From positions 120,939-184,938 of the forward strand of contig JANPIM010000013.1 of the NCBI GenBank assembly GCA_031425015.1: DNA of 64,000 nucleotides. The letters are read 5' to 3'. Both the position numbers and the translations under genes were made by a program. Positions 55,641-64,000 of the stretch are shown piece after piece. The stretch's first letter is position 1. Each line of letters starts with the position of its first letter. A model generated the notes under the pieces. It worked only from the letters and a program-made list of their open reading frames with translations. It did not search any database and was not told the DNA's origin. The stretch comes from Segetibacter sp. Its GTDB lineage: Bacteria; Bacteroidota; Bacteroidia; Chitinophagales; Chitinophagaceae.

Positions 55641-56324
55641 CTAAACAACAACCTCTGTATTACTCACTTCATTTTCTATTATTCTGCCGTCCTTCATATG
55701 AATAACGCGATCACTTAATAAAGCCAGTTCTTCATTATGTGTAACAATTAAAAACGTCTGGTTGAATTCATTCCTCAGGTGAATAAATAATTCATGCAGT
55801 TCCTTAGCATTCTTGCTATCCAAATTGCCTGTTGGCTCATCTGCAAAAACAATTTCCGGGCTATTGATCAATGCTCTCGCCACCGCTACACGTTGCTGCT
55901 CACCACCGCTAAGTTGGTTGGGTTTGTTATCCAGCCGATGCCCAAGGTTTAGGGTGGCCAGTAATTGCTTCGCTCGTTCCTCCACATCCTTTTTGCGCGT
56001 ACCGGCAATCCACCCCGGAATGCAAACGTTTTCCAACGCATTGAATTCAGGTAGTAAATGATGAAACTGGAAAACAAAACCAATGTGCTTATTTCGAAAT
56101 TTAGCCAGTTGCTTTCCGCCTAACTTATCAACGCGATTATTGTTTAAATAAATCTCGCCTTTGTCTGCATTGTCAAGCGTACCCAAAATATGCAACAGCG
56201 TGCTTTTACCTGCTCCAGACGACCCGGCAATGCTTACAATTTCGCCCTTGTTTACTGTAAGGTCTACACCCTTAAGTACCTCAAGCGAATCATATTTTTT
56301 ATGGATATTCTTACACGTAAGCAT
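55641..56324 (-). CDS. lolD: ABC transporter ATP-binding protein, LolD-like
   Basis: [58 protein letters not shown]; 227 aa. Confidence 0.8.
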   Translation of the reverse strand: MLTCKNIHKKYDSLEVLKGVDLTVNKGEIVSIAGSSGAGKSTLLHILGTLDNADKGEIYLNNNRVDKLGGKQLAKFRNKHIGFVFQFHHLLPEFNALENVCIPGWIAGTRKKDVEERAKQLLATLNLGHRLDNKPNQLSGGEQQRVAVARALINSPEIVFADEPTGNLDSKNAKELHELFIHLRNEFNQTFLIVTHNEELALLSDRVIHMKDGRIIENEVSNTEVVV

Positions 56325-56358
56325 TCGGTGTGTTTAGTGATAATTTGGTAATGAGTTG

Positions 56359-56366
56359 CAAACCTA
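56359..56366 (-). promoter_or_regulatory. -7 promoter element for the lolD-like gene
   Basis: TAGGTTTG on the minus strand. Confidence 0.55.
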
Positions 56367-56430
56367 CATCAGCACGGGGTAAGGCCGATAATTTTAGGGA
56401 AATATATAACCTGGTGTTCTAAAAGGTTCA

Positions 56431-56461
56431 TTTGGTTATTTCGTTTATACACCTACATTTG
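56431..56461 (+). promoter_or_regulatory. Canonical Bacteroidota housekeeping promoter for the DUF2795 gene
   Basis: TTTG (56431-56434) - 19 nt - TACATTTG (56454-56461). Confidence 0.8.
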
Positions 56462-56484
56462 CAAAAATTATAAATCGATCGCCG

Positions 56485-56706
56485 ATGTTTTGGACACTTG
56501 AATTAGCCAGTTATTTAGAAGAAGCACCTTGGCCGGCAACCAAAGACGAGTTGATTGATTACTCTATTCGTTCTGGTGCGCCCATCGAAGTTGTTGAGAA
56601 CCTCCAGGAGTTGGAAGACGAAGGAGAGGTGTACGAAAGTATTGAAGACATTTGGCCTGATTACCCTAGCCAGGATGACTTCATGTTTAATGAAGACGAG
56701 TACTAA
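56485..56706 (+). CDS. DUF2795 domain protein
   Basis: MFWTLELASYLEEAPWPATKDELIDYSIRSGAP.EVVENL. Confidence 0.9.
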   Translation: MFWTLELASYLEEAPWPATKDELIDYSIRSGAPIEVVENLQELEDEGEVYESIEDIWPDYPSQDDFMFNEDEY

Positions 56707-56721
56707 AAAACAGTTCAGCAT

Positions 56722-56757
56722 AAAAAAAACCATCCTAGTTTACAGGATGGTTTTTTT
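56722..56757. terminator. Bidirectional intrinsic terminator
   Basis: AAAAAAACCATCCT-agtttac-AGGATGGTTTTTTT. Confidence 0.85.
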
Positions 56758-56787
56758 GTGCCCGGCATCAAAACAATTTTCACCGTC

Positions 56788-56808
56788 CGTTGCGTCGCAC
56801 TCTTATAC
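56788..56808 (-). repeat. REP-like dispersed element copy
   Basis: Reverse complement GTATAAGAGTGCGACGCAACG. Confidence 0.75.
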
Positions 56809-56868
56809 AGTATCTCTTTAATTTTCTTTTATTATGTTTTGTAGTGCACCTGCATTACCCATTTCCAA

Positions 56869-57138
56869 CTATACTTTACTTCCTTTTTTAAAGGCATATT
56901 TAAAGTATAGCAGCACCAACGATAGCACCAGTATTACCGAATTAGCAATGATGACGGGAAGTAAATTCAAGTAAAATCCATACACCAACCACACAATTAC
57001 ACTGGTAAACACAATCAACAACATTCCTAGTGAGAGGTCGCCCACACTTCTGCTTTTGTAGGCTAGTACCACTTGAGGAATAAAAGTGATAGCAGAAAGG
57101 AAAGCGCCAAATAATCCTACGTATTCTATCCAGGGCAT
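56869..57138 (-). CDS. SemiSWEET (PQ-loop) transporter
   Basis: 89 aa, 3 TM helices, TFIPQV, DLS, WLVYG, PVIIAN. Confidence 0.9.
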   Translation of the reverse strand: MPWIEYVGLFGAFLSAITFIPQVVLAYKSRSVGDLSLGMLLIVFTSVIVWLVYGFYLNLLPVIIANSVILVLSLVLLYFKYAFKKGSKV

Positions 57139-57253
57139 TGGTTTGGTTGATTAGTTGAGTTGTGATTGGTTGATTGGTTAATAAGTTGAATGGCTGAAAG
57201 GTCAAAAGCTGAAACACGATCAAACCTCAATTTTTGACTTTTGACTTTGAAAA
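57139..57253 (-). repeat. Mixed 7/8-mer arrays between fabI and SemiSWEET
   Basis: Sense strand: aaagtcaaaagtcaaaa after the fabI stop; tcaacc/tcaact arrays before the SemiSWEET ATG. Confidence 0.7.
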
Positions 57254-58069
57254 TCATTTCTCCATTTGCTCAATCACCTCTGCCGTCACGCCGGTAAAGC
57301 TGAACCCGCCATCGTGAAACAGATTTTGCATGGTAACATACTTTGTGAGATCGCTAAATAGGGCTACGCAATAGTTGGCACAATCAACGGCTTCGGCATT
57401 TCCCAGTGGGCTCATTTTTTCTGCAAAAGAAATAAAGCCATCAAATCCTTTTACGCCACTACCTGCAGTGGTACGTGTGGGTGATTGGCTTACAGTATTT
57501 ACCCGTACTTTATTTTTTACACCATAATGATAACCGAAGCTGCGCGTAATACTCTCCAGCAAAGCTTTTGCATCTGCCATTTCGTTGTAATCAGGAAACA
57601 CCCGCTGTGCTGCTATATAAGTTAAGGCTACTACACTTCCCCACTCGCTAATCGCATCCAGCTCATAAGCAGTTTGCAATACACGGTGAAGGCTCATTGC
57701 CGAGATGTCCAAGGTCTTGTGTTCAAAATCGTGGTTCAACTTAGTGTAGTGGAAACCTTTGCGAATATTCAAACTCATACCAACACTGTGCAAAACAAAA
57801 TCAACCTTGCCACCAAAGTGTTCCATCGACTGTTCAAACAACTTCTTCAGGTCATCCATGTTGGTTACATCGGCACCAATTACGGGTGCGTTGCCACACG
57901 CCTCTGCCAGTTTATTAATCTCACCCATCCGCAATGCAATGGGCGCATTGGTCAGCACTATTTGCGCGCCTTCAGCATAGCATTGTTGCGCTGTTTTCCA
58001 TGCAATCGACTGATCATTTAACGCGCCAAAGATGATCCCTTTCTTTCCCTTCAATAAGTTGTAAGCCAT
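57254..58069 (-). CDS. fabI: Enoyl-ACP reductase
   Basis: GIIFGALN..SIAW, LHSVGMS, LTYIAAQR.FP.YN.M..AKALLES, VNTVSQSP..TTAGSG. Confidence 0.93.
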   Translation of the reverse strand: MAYNLLKGKKGIIFGALNDQSIAWKTAQQCYAEGAQIVLTNAPIALRMGEINKLAEACGNAPVIGADVTNMDDLKKLFEQSMEHFGGKVDFVLHSVGMSLNIRKGFHYTKLNHDFEHKTLDISAMSLHRVLQTAYELDAISEWGSVVALTYIAAQRVFPDYNEMADAKALLESITRSFGYHYGVKNKVRVNTVSQSPTRTTAGSGVKGFDGFISFAEKMSPLGNAEAVDCANYCVALFSDLTKYVTMQNLFHDGGFSFTGVTAEVIEQMEK

Positions 58070-58117
58070 TGTGAATTCGTTTTGTTATTTGGTAAGAATT
58101 GCGGTAAAAATAGAAAT

Positions 58118-58339
58118 TCAATTTCTAACCCCGAAAAAGAATGTAAAGTAAAGCCACATGCTAAAAGAATGCATCAGGTAAGCAGCACCAATAACTCCCA
58201 CGAAGTAAAATAGCAAGTTGATAAACGTGCGGTGGGCATAAGCACGGCCCCTTAATTTCAGATGAATATAATATACCGGCACTGCCACCAGTATGAAATA
58301 GAGCACTACAAGCCAATGCCAGTGGGGTACATTCTTCAT
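58118..58339 (-). CDS. Small hypothetical membrane protein
   Basis: 73 aa, two hydrophobic helices, tightly packed in a minus-strand run. Confidence 0.55.
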   Translation of the reverse strand: MKNVPHWHWLVVLYFILVAVPVYYIHLKLRGRAYAHRTFINLLFYFVGVIGAAYLMHSFSMWLYFTFFFGVRN

Positions 58340-58342
58340 AAA

Positions 58343-58834
58343 TCAACAACCTGTTTCGCCAAAAATAGTCACCGCTTTTTTTTCGTTGCCACTCCTTATT
58401 TCAAGCGTGCCTTCATTGCTGTTTAATTCATCGCCTGTTAGCCCAACTTTAGTAATCTTAATTTTTAAAGTGAACCCTTCGCCTGCATACTCATCCGTGT
58501 AGGTGCCTTCGGTTCCTTCCGTTCTTTTTGACAAGTGGAGGTAAACAATTTTACCATCTACCTGCAGCATTCCCAGCCCTTCAAGATTGCTGATGAAGAT
58601 GAACTGTTGCGCTTTAAAAGCTTTTTCGCTCAGTGCAAATACGCCACTGCAACCATCAATCGTATCCGGAAAGTTTTTGAATATTTCGTAACCAGGCAAA
58701 CTTGTAGGGCGTGTTGTAGTATCAGATGGTTCAACGGCTTTCGTAGTTTCAGGAATGGCCTTTCCTGCTGTTGGTTGATTGTTGCACGAAGCAGCAAAGA
58801 TGCACGCCAGCAGTAGTATGAAGAGTTGTTTCAT
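58343..58834 (-). CDS. Hypothetical lipoprotein
   Basis: Lipobox FAAS-C; abuts recN. Confidence 0.75.
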   Translation of the reverse strand: MKQLFILLLACIFAASCNNQPTAGKAIPETTKAVEPSDTTTRPTSLPGYEIFKNFPDTIDGCSGVFALSEKAFKAQQFIFISNLEGLGMLQVDGKIVYLHLSKRTEGTEGTYTDEYAGEGFTLKIKITKVGLTGDELNSNEGTLEIRSGNEKKAVTIFGETGC

Positions 58835-58835
58835 G

Positions 58836-60491
58836 TTAGTTCATGACCATCTCACGTGCATTTTCTAAGGCAGCAGCAGTTGGCTTCTCCCCACTCAGCA
58901 TTTGTGCGATAGCTAGTATTCTTTCATCTTGCGATAGCAGTCGAATGTTAGTGGTAATGGCGTCGCCTTTAATTTCTTTGTACACAAAAAAGTGTGCAGT
59001 TGCCTTGCCTGCAATTTGTGGTTGATGGGTAATGCAAATGACCTGGCGACTGGTAGAAAGATTCTTCATGATGGCACCAACCTGCTTTGCGGCTTCGCCG
59101 GAAATGCCGGTGTCAATTTCATCAAATATCAGCGTTGGCAAATCGATTGATTCAGCAACCAGTGACTTGATGCATAACATCAATCGGCTCAGTTCTCCAC
59201 CACTCGCCACCTTTCGGATGGGTTCAAAACGATTACTCTTATTGGCGTCGAACAAAAATTCTATTTCATCAGTGCCAAACATATTTAGTTCAGCAGGTTC
59301 AATTTGCACCAGCAGTTTAGCATTGGGCATACCCACTTGTTGCAGCAAACGGTTTACATTCTTTTCAAGCGAAGCAGTCTGTGCTTTTCTTCTTTTAGAT
59401 ATTTCGTCAGATGTTTTGACGCATGCGTTGTAAGAATCTTCCACTTCCTTCTGCTTTTGCAAAATGGTGTCATCAATATTTAAAACCGCTTCCAGTTTGC
59501 TGCTGATTTCATTTCGGATGTCGATGAGTTGATTGGTCGTTTGCACACCATGCTTCTTCAGCAACTTATAGCCTAACGATAATCGTTCATTGATTTGCTC
59601 GATGCGCTGCTCGTCAAATTGTACTTGCTCATTGATGCTGTCCACCTCTTCGGCAATATCCTGCAGCTCCAATTGCGCACTGTACATTCTTTCTACAATA
59701 GCAGGCAGTTCAGGATGAAAGTCAGCAAAAGGAACCATTTGATTGGCGAGTATTTTCAGGTGTTGAACAAGTGGCTGTTCTCCTTCCTTTAATTCGGCAA
59801 ATACTTTGGTCAGGGTGGTTTTAATTCCTTCAGCGTTTGATAGCAACTTTAGTTCAGTCTCCAGTTGCTCCAGTTCATTTTCAACTAGCTGTAATTGGTC
59901 TAATTCGTTGAAGATAAATTGATGATAATCCAATTCTTTTTTAAAGCTTTCCTTTTGATCGAGCAACTTTTTTAACTGTGCTTTATGCTGTTGCCAAAGT
60001 TTGTAATGTCCTACAAATTTCAATAGCAGTTCCTGGTTATTTGCCAGTGCATCCAACACCTCCCGTTGAAAATCACTATCGCCCAATTCAAGTGTATCGA
60101 ACTGCTGATGAAGATCAACCAACAAGGAAGAAAGTTCCTTCAGTTGCTGTAGTGTTGCAGGAGTATCGTTGATGAATGCACGTGATTTACCATTGGCGGC
60201 TATCTCTCTTCTTACTACCAATTCAGTTTCGTTATCCAATTCATGGGCTGCTATAAACTGCTTCACCGCTGCCTTGTCATCCACTTTAAAAAACCCTTCT
60301 ACCACACATTTCTTCTCGCGTTTTTGCAGTACCGAAGTATCTGCTCGTTCTCCTAAAATAAGGCTGAGGGCACCCATCAAAATACTTTTACCTGCACCAG
60401 TCTCTCCCGTAATTACACTAAGGTTATCCGAAAAGGAAATTTCAAGTGCATCAATAATGGCGTAGTTCTGAATGTGCAGCTTTTGTAGCAT
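58836..60491 (-). CDS. recN: DNA repair protein RecN
   Basis: I.NYAII..L, ITGETGAGKSI, SRAFIN, ASGGELSRLML, IFDEIDTGISG, ITHQPQIA. Confidence 0.97.
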   Translation of the reverse strand: MLQKLHIQNYAIIDALEISFSDNLSVITGETGAGKSILMGALSLILGERADTSVLQKREKKCVVEGFFKVDDKAAVKQFIAAHELDNETELVVRREIAANGKSRAFINDTPATLQQLKELSSLLVDLHQQFDTLELGDSDFQREVLDALANNQELLLKFVGHYKLWQQHKAQLKKLLDQKESFKKELDYHQFIFNELDQLQLVENELEQLETELKLLSNAEGIKTTLTKVFAELKEGEQPLVQHLKILANQMVPFADFHPELPAIVERMYSAQLELQDIAEEVDSINEQVQFDEQRIEQINERLSLGYKLLKKHGVQTTNQLIDIRNEISSKLEAVLNIDDTILQKQKEVEDSYNACVKTSDEISKRRKAQTASLEKNVNRLLQQVGMPNAKLLVQIEPAELNMFGTDEIEFLFDANKSNRFEPIRKVASGGELSRLMLCIKSLVAESIDLPTLIFDEIDTGISGEAAKQVGAIMKNLSTSRQVICITHQPQIAGKATAHFFVYKEIKGDAITTNIRLLSQDERILAIAQMLSGEKPTAAALENAREMVMN

Positions 60492-60681
60492 GCGGTAAAG
60501 ATAGTTTGCGAATAGAACTTCACTTTAGAAGTGTATAAAAAAATGCAGCGCAGCGAGGTCAAGGTCGCATTAATAATGCCGCATAAGCAGCCGATGGCTG
60601 CAGTTGAAGTAAATGAATCCGTGCAGCATCCAAGAAAAAAAATTACCTCAGTTGATCTAACCTGCAGATTTCAGCTACAGA

Positions 60682-62169
60682 CTATTCACCCTTACACCTG
60701 GCTATTCCAGATTTAGCCCGCTGGTCCAGCGAGTCTTTGTAGTCATGATCTTCCATGTCAATGCAACTCTGAAATGCTTTTATGGCCAATGCTTTTTGTC
60801 CGCGCTTTTCATAGATGTATCCCATCTGCAGCGCAGCCCTTGCAGCATAATACTCGGTACGTGACCTCCCTAAATTAATGGCACGTTGATAGTATTGAAG
60901 AGCCTCATCGTCCCGTTGCAGGTCATCGTATATGCGCGCCAACCGGTAACTAAATTCAAGCAGTTCGGCTGGATTGTTGGTAACGGTAGCTTCTTTGCCC
61001 GCTAATAGGGCCAGGGCCTGCTTATGGTATCCGCCGTCATTTAAAATTCGTGCTTTTAGTAAAAGTGGATTTGGCCAAACGGCACTCTTCGCGTCTTTGT
61101 AGGCCTTCTTGTCAGCGTCGGAATCTACGTTCCCTTTCCTGATCGCTAGCTGCCGGTACTTTTCGGCCTCCGCCATGTTTTCTTTTAAATAATATGCCCA
61201 GCCAATTTTCTGCAGAGCATCTTTTACATAAAAGTTTCCTTTAAAATTGGCAGTGAACTTTTGCAAGTTTGCGATGGCAGCATCCAATTGTAATTGATGG
61301 AGTTTAATATATCCCATCTCCAAATCCCAGACAGGTGTTTGCATATAACCGGGAGCCAGGTTTCTTTTGTTGATGATTGCTTCAGCGTAGTCGGTTTGCT
61401 TGTCGTTAATCGCCAGGTTAGAAGCCATATAAGTAAACAAATGATTGTTGACTACATCCAATTTTTTTGCCTGCATGTATTTAAATACTTCTTCGGGCTT
61501 ATTCTCGATGTAGTACATCAGGTAGCAATAATAAAATGTGGCTTCGTTGGCAAACAGTTTTGCATATGGGTCATTGCTGTTCAAAAAATTGCGCATCATC
61601 TGCATGCCACTTGCCACCGATCCGCGCATACCAAACAAACTCGTGATCCACTTATAACCTTTGGGCACCGTACCCACAATTACATTCAGTGGTCCGTACA
61701 CCATGTTGTTTGGCTGAAAGGAAGGAAACTTACCGCGATTGTCTTTTATAAATGAGTTGGCTTTTTTAAAGTCCCAGCCGGCGGAATATCGCTCACCAAA
61801 TTTTATCCGCACGGCAGCACGTTGCATGTAAGTTAGCCCAAGGCAATAATTATAAAACGGACTGCTCTGTGGTCCTTCCTCTAATACATCTATCCGATCG
61901 GAAAATGCCTCTTTCTTGGTAGCATACATCGTTGGATCTTCATTAAAGAACAATTCAAAAAAATCTGCGTAACCCTCCAGTAATTCAGGAATGAGATTGT
62001 TTGGATTTTGCTTGCGAGCTTGTTGAATCAACGCTTTTCCCGGCTCAAGCCTCAGCTTCATTATTTCCGCATAGGCTTGCTGGCAAACAGGGGAGAAGTC
62101 GTACACTTTCTGGCCAAAACTATTTGCAAAAAAGATCAGGGCGATCAACGTAACTACACACTTCTTCAT
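60682..62169 (-). CDS. Secreted tetratricopeptide-repeat protein
   Basis: Signal peptide SFG-Q; C-terminal TPR-like YRLARIY...EALQYYQRAI and ALQMGYIYE...AIKAFQSCI. Confidence 0.8.
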   Translation of the reverse strand: MKKCVVTLIALIFFANSFGQKVYDFSPVCQQAYAEIMKLRLEPGKALIQQARKQNPNNLIPELLEGYADFFELFFNEDPTMYATKKEAFSDRIDVLEEGPQSSPFYNYCLGLTYMQRAAVRIKFGERYSAGWDFKKANSFIKDNRGKFPSFQPNNMVYGPLNVIVGTVPKGYKWITSLFGMRGSVASGMQMMRNFLNSNDPYAKLFANEATFYYCYLMYYIENKPEEVFKYMQAKKLDVVNNHLFTYMASNLAINDKQTDYAEAIINKRNLAPGYMQTPVWDLEMGYIKLHQLQLDAAIANLQKFTANFKGNFYVKDALQKIGWAYYLKENMAEAEKYRQLAIRKGNVDSDADKKAYKDAKSAVWPNPLLLKARILNDGGYHKQALALLAGKEATVTNNPAELLEFSYRLARIYDDLQRDDEALQYYQRAINLGRSRTEYYAARAALQMGYIYEKRGQKALAIKAFQSCIDMEDHDYKDSLDQRAKSGIARCKGE

Positions 62170-62202
62170 CGGGCTAAAGGTAATGTTTTATGGCAGTGCA
62201 TT

Positions 62203-62233
62203 AAAAAAGGGCGCTCTTGTGAAGCACCCTTTT
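62203..62233 (-). terminator. Terminator after the zinc-ribbon gene
   Basis: AAAAGGGCGCT-cttgtga-AGCACCCTTTT. Confidence 0.6.
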
Positions 62234-62255
62234 AGTCTTTATTTATCGCTTGCGA

Positions 62256-63011
62256 TTACTTAGTCTCAACGTTCTCATGCAGTTCCTGGTCAACCAAGAT
62301 TCTGCCACAGTTCTCACACACAAGTATTTTCTTGTGTTGTTTTATTTCACTCTGCTTTTGCGGTGGTATTGCATTGAAGCATCCACCACAACTATCTCTT
62401 ACTACCGGTACTACGCTCAAACCATTGCGGTAGTTGTTGCGAATACGATCGTAGGAAAACAGCAAACGCTCATCTAAAGAAACACGGGCTTCATCGCTCA
62501 CTTTTCTAAACTGCGTTTCTTCCTTCTCCGTGTCAGCAATAATTTTTTCGAGTTCGCTTTTCTTATTGTTTAGCACACCCTCTTTTGAAGCAATCTGCTT
62601 TTTTGCAGCATCCAGCAATTTTATCTTTTCTGCAATCTCTTCGTTTGCATCCTTTATATGCTTCTCAGCAAGCTTCACTTCCAGCTGCTGCATTTCCATT
62701 TCTTTGTTAATGGCTTCAAACTCGCGATTGTTCTTTACGTTCTCGCTTTGTTTTTCATATTTCGCAATCAACGCTTCACTCTCCTTTATCACTTCTTTCT
62801 TCTTGTCAATGAATTCAGAAATGCCGTTGATCTCTTCTTCTACACGTGTTTGGCGTGCATGCAAACCCTGTATTTCATCTTCCAGGTCGCTCACTTCCAT
62901 GGGCAGTTCCCCCTTCAGAATACTGATTTCATCCAGTTTAGAATCAATCTTTTGCAGCCTTACCAGGTTGGTTAATTTTTCCTGTACAGAAAATTCTTTA
63001 ACGCTTGCCAT
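62256..63011 (-). CDS. C4-type zinc-ribbon coiled-coil protein (DUF164/CT398 family)
   Basis: Likely start MASVKEFSV (63011); long coiled coil; CGGCF..IPPQ...CENCGRIL. Confidence 0.9.
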   Translation of the reverse strand: MASVKEFSVQEKLTNLVRLQKIDSKLDEISILKGELPMEVSDLEDEIQGLHARQTRVEEEINGISEFIDKKKEVIKESEALIAKYEKQSENVKNNREFEAINKEMEMQQLEVKLAEKHIKDANEEIAEKIKLLDAAKKQIASKEGVLNNKKSELEKIIADTEKEETQFRKVSDEARVSLDERLLFSYDRIRNNYRNGLSVVPVVRDSCGGCFNAIPPQKQSEIKQHKKILVCENCGRILVDQELHENVETK

Positions 63012-63084
63012 ATCTAGTTTTAAAGTTTGAAAGTTTGATATTGAGTAGAAGAACTTGGGAACCGGCATCGTAACTCCGATGTTT

Positions 63085-63101
63085 CATTGTTGCGTCGCAT
63101 T
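63085..63101 (-). repeat. REP-like dispersed element copy
   Basis: Reverse complement AATGCGACGCAACAATG ... GATGCCGG. Confidence 0.65.
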
Positions 63102-63161
63102 ACGTTCATCTGTTGTGCGCCCCTCAACTTTTTTACCTGTTCTATTCCTCCGCTCTTTCCC

Positions 63162-64000
63162 TTAACCCATGAAATAATGAACCGGGTTGGTTCTTACCCC
63201 ACTTTTAAGGACGGCGAAGGTAGGAAAATTTGTATGCAAAACATCATGTAAAAGGTCTATCGTAAACTGCTCACTTTCATAATGGCCAATATCGGCAATT
63301 ACAATCTTGTCTTCAGCATCAAAAAAATCGTGGTATTTAAAATCGCTGCTAACGTACATGTCGGCCTTTACGTTTATTGCATTTTTCAACAGGAAGCTCC
63401 CCGCGCCTCCGCAAAGCGCTACCGTTTTCACCGGTCTACCGGGCAAAGGCGTGTGTTTTATTGCTTCTAATTTGAACTGTTCTTTTACCAGTTGAAGAAA
63501 ATCCCGCTCGGCCATTGCTTCTGGAAGTTCGCCGTACAATCCGCCGCCTACTTCTTGAAAATAGTTTGTCAGCGCAACCACATCATAGGCTACCTCTTCG
63601 TAAGGATGCGCCTCCAACATAGCTTCAATCACCCGATCTTTTAGGTAGACGGGCATAATCACTTCAATCTTTTCTTCATTAGCTTCTTCTCTTTTGCCAA
63701 TTTCCCCAATGTGTGGGTTGGTGCCTTCTTCAGGCTTAAAGGTGCCGGTACCTTTTATGTTGAAGCTGCATTCACTGTACTTGCCAATTTTGCCGCCACC
63801 TGCTTTGAATATGACATCTCTAATAGCGTTAGCGTCTTTATCAGGGGCAAATACAGCAAGTTTAATCAGGTTATTTTGGCGGTGCAATAAAACCTTTCGG
63901 TTTTGGAGTTGTAGCTTATCCGCCATTTTTCCATTTACGCCAGTTAGCAGATTGTCCAGGTTGGTATGGATGGCATAAATGGCTATATCGTTTTTGATGG
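63162..64000 (-). CDS. NIF3/YqfO-like dinuclear metal-centre hexameric protein (5'-truncated)
   Basis: The frame extends to the window edge (IKNDIAIYAIHTNLDN); PII-like insert AHPYEEVAYD; VALCGGAG, SDFKYH, DIGHYESEQ. Confidence 0.95.
   Translation of the reverse strand, partial: IKNDIAIYAIHTNLDNLLTGVNGKMADKLQLQNRKVLLHRQNNLIKLAVFAPDKDANAIRDVIFKAGGGKIGKYSECSFNIKGTGTFKPEEGTNPHIGEIGKREEANEEKIEVIMPVYLKDRVIEAMLEAHPYEEVAYDVVALTNYFQEVGGGLYGELPEAMAERDFLQLVKEQFKLEAIKHTPLPGRPVKTVALCGGAGSFLLKNAINVKADMYVSSDFKYHDFFDAEDKIVIADIGHYESEQFTIDLLHDVLHTNFPTFAVLKSGVRTNPVHYFMG

Noticed and set aside
63012-63068. N-terminal extension of the zinc-ribbon ORF (and similar extensions at 21656, 38855, 45688, 51655)
   Set aside because: Downstream ATGs give family-typical N-termini or signal peptides; the extensions run through intergenic or repeat sequence
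1-64000. tRNA, rRNA, tmRNA, RNase P genes
   Set aside because: No cloverleaf or conserved rRNA signature noticed in any intergenic region; not excluded without tRNAscan/Infernal

Overview
Chromosomal segment of a Bacteroidota bacterium, most likely Chitinophagaceae. This rests on T9SS C-terminal domains, TAnnTTTG promoters, signal peptides followed by Gln, and gene content. 1-19.9 kb: two giant Cys-rich T9SS-secreted modular surface proteins (the first is 5'-truncated and carries 18+ tandem 89-aa repeats) flanking a PAP2 phosphatase gene. Both giants share an uncharacterised ~350-aa domain with a putative Cys nucleophile-elbow motif. 20-64 kb: mostly housekeeping genes (hxpB, acyltransferase, thioesterase, proline dehydrogenase, thyA-folA, three-gene transhydrogenase, pepT, namZ, fmt, pyrF, gcdH, aroK, ssb, lolD-like, fabI, recN, NIF3). 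These include a split eukaryote-like kynurenine pathway (SDR-ALDH / nbaC-[GxxExxY]-nbaD and RidA-kynU-kmo). No tRNA, rRNA, CRISPR, transposase, integrase or reverse transcriptase was recognised. The most unusual signal is intergenic. A GxxExxY gene sits inside a kynurenine operon bracketed by a 28-bp inverted repeat, and an empty copy of the same bracket lies between kynU and kmo. There are also related ACGCA...TGCGT hairpin elements, about 10 copies of a REP-like ~24-55-nt element (triplicated inside the pnt operon), and many degenerate 7/8-mer arrays whose orientation follows a consistent rule relative to stop and start codons. All assignments come from reading the sequence by eye; no searches were run.
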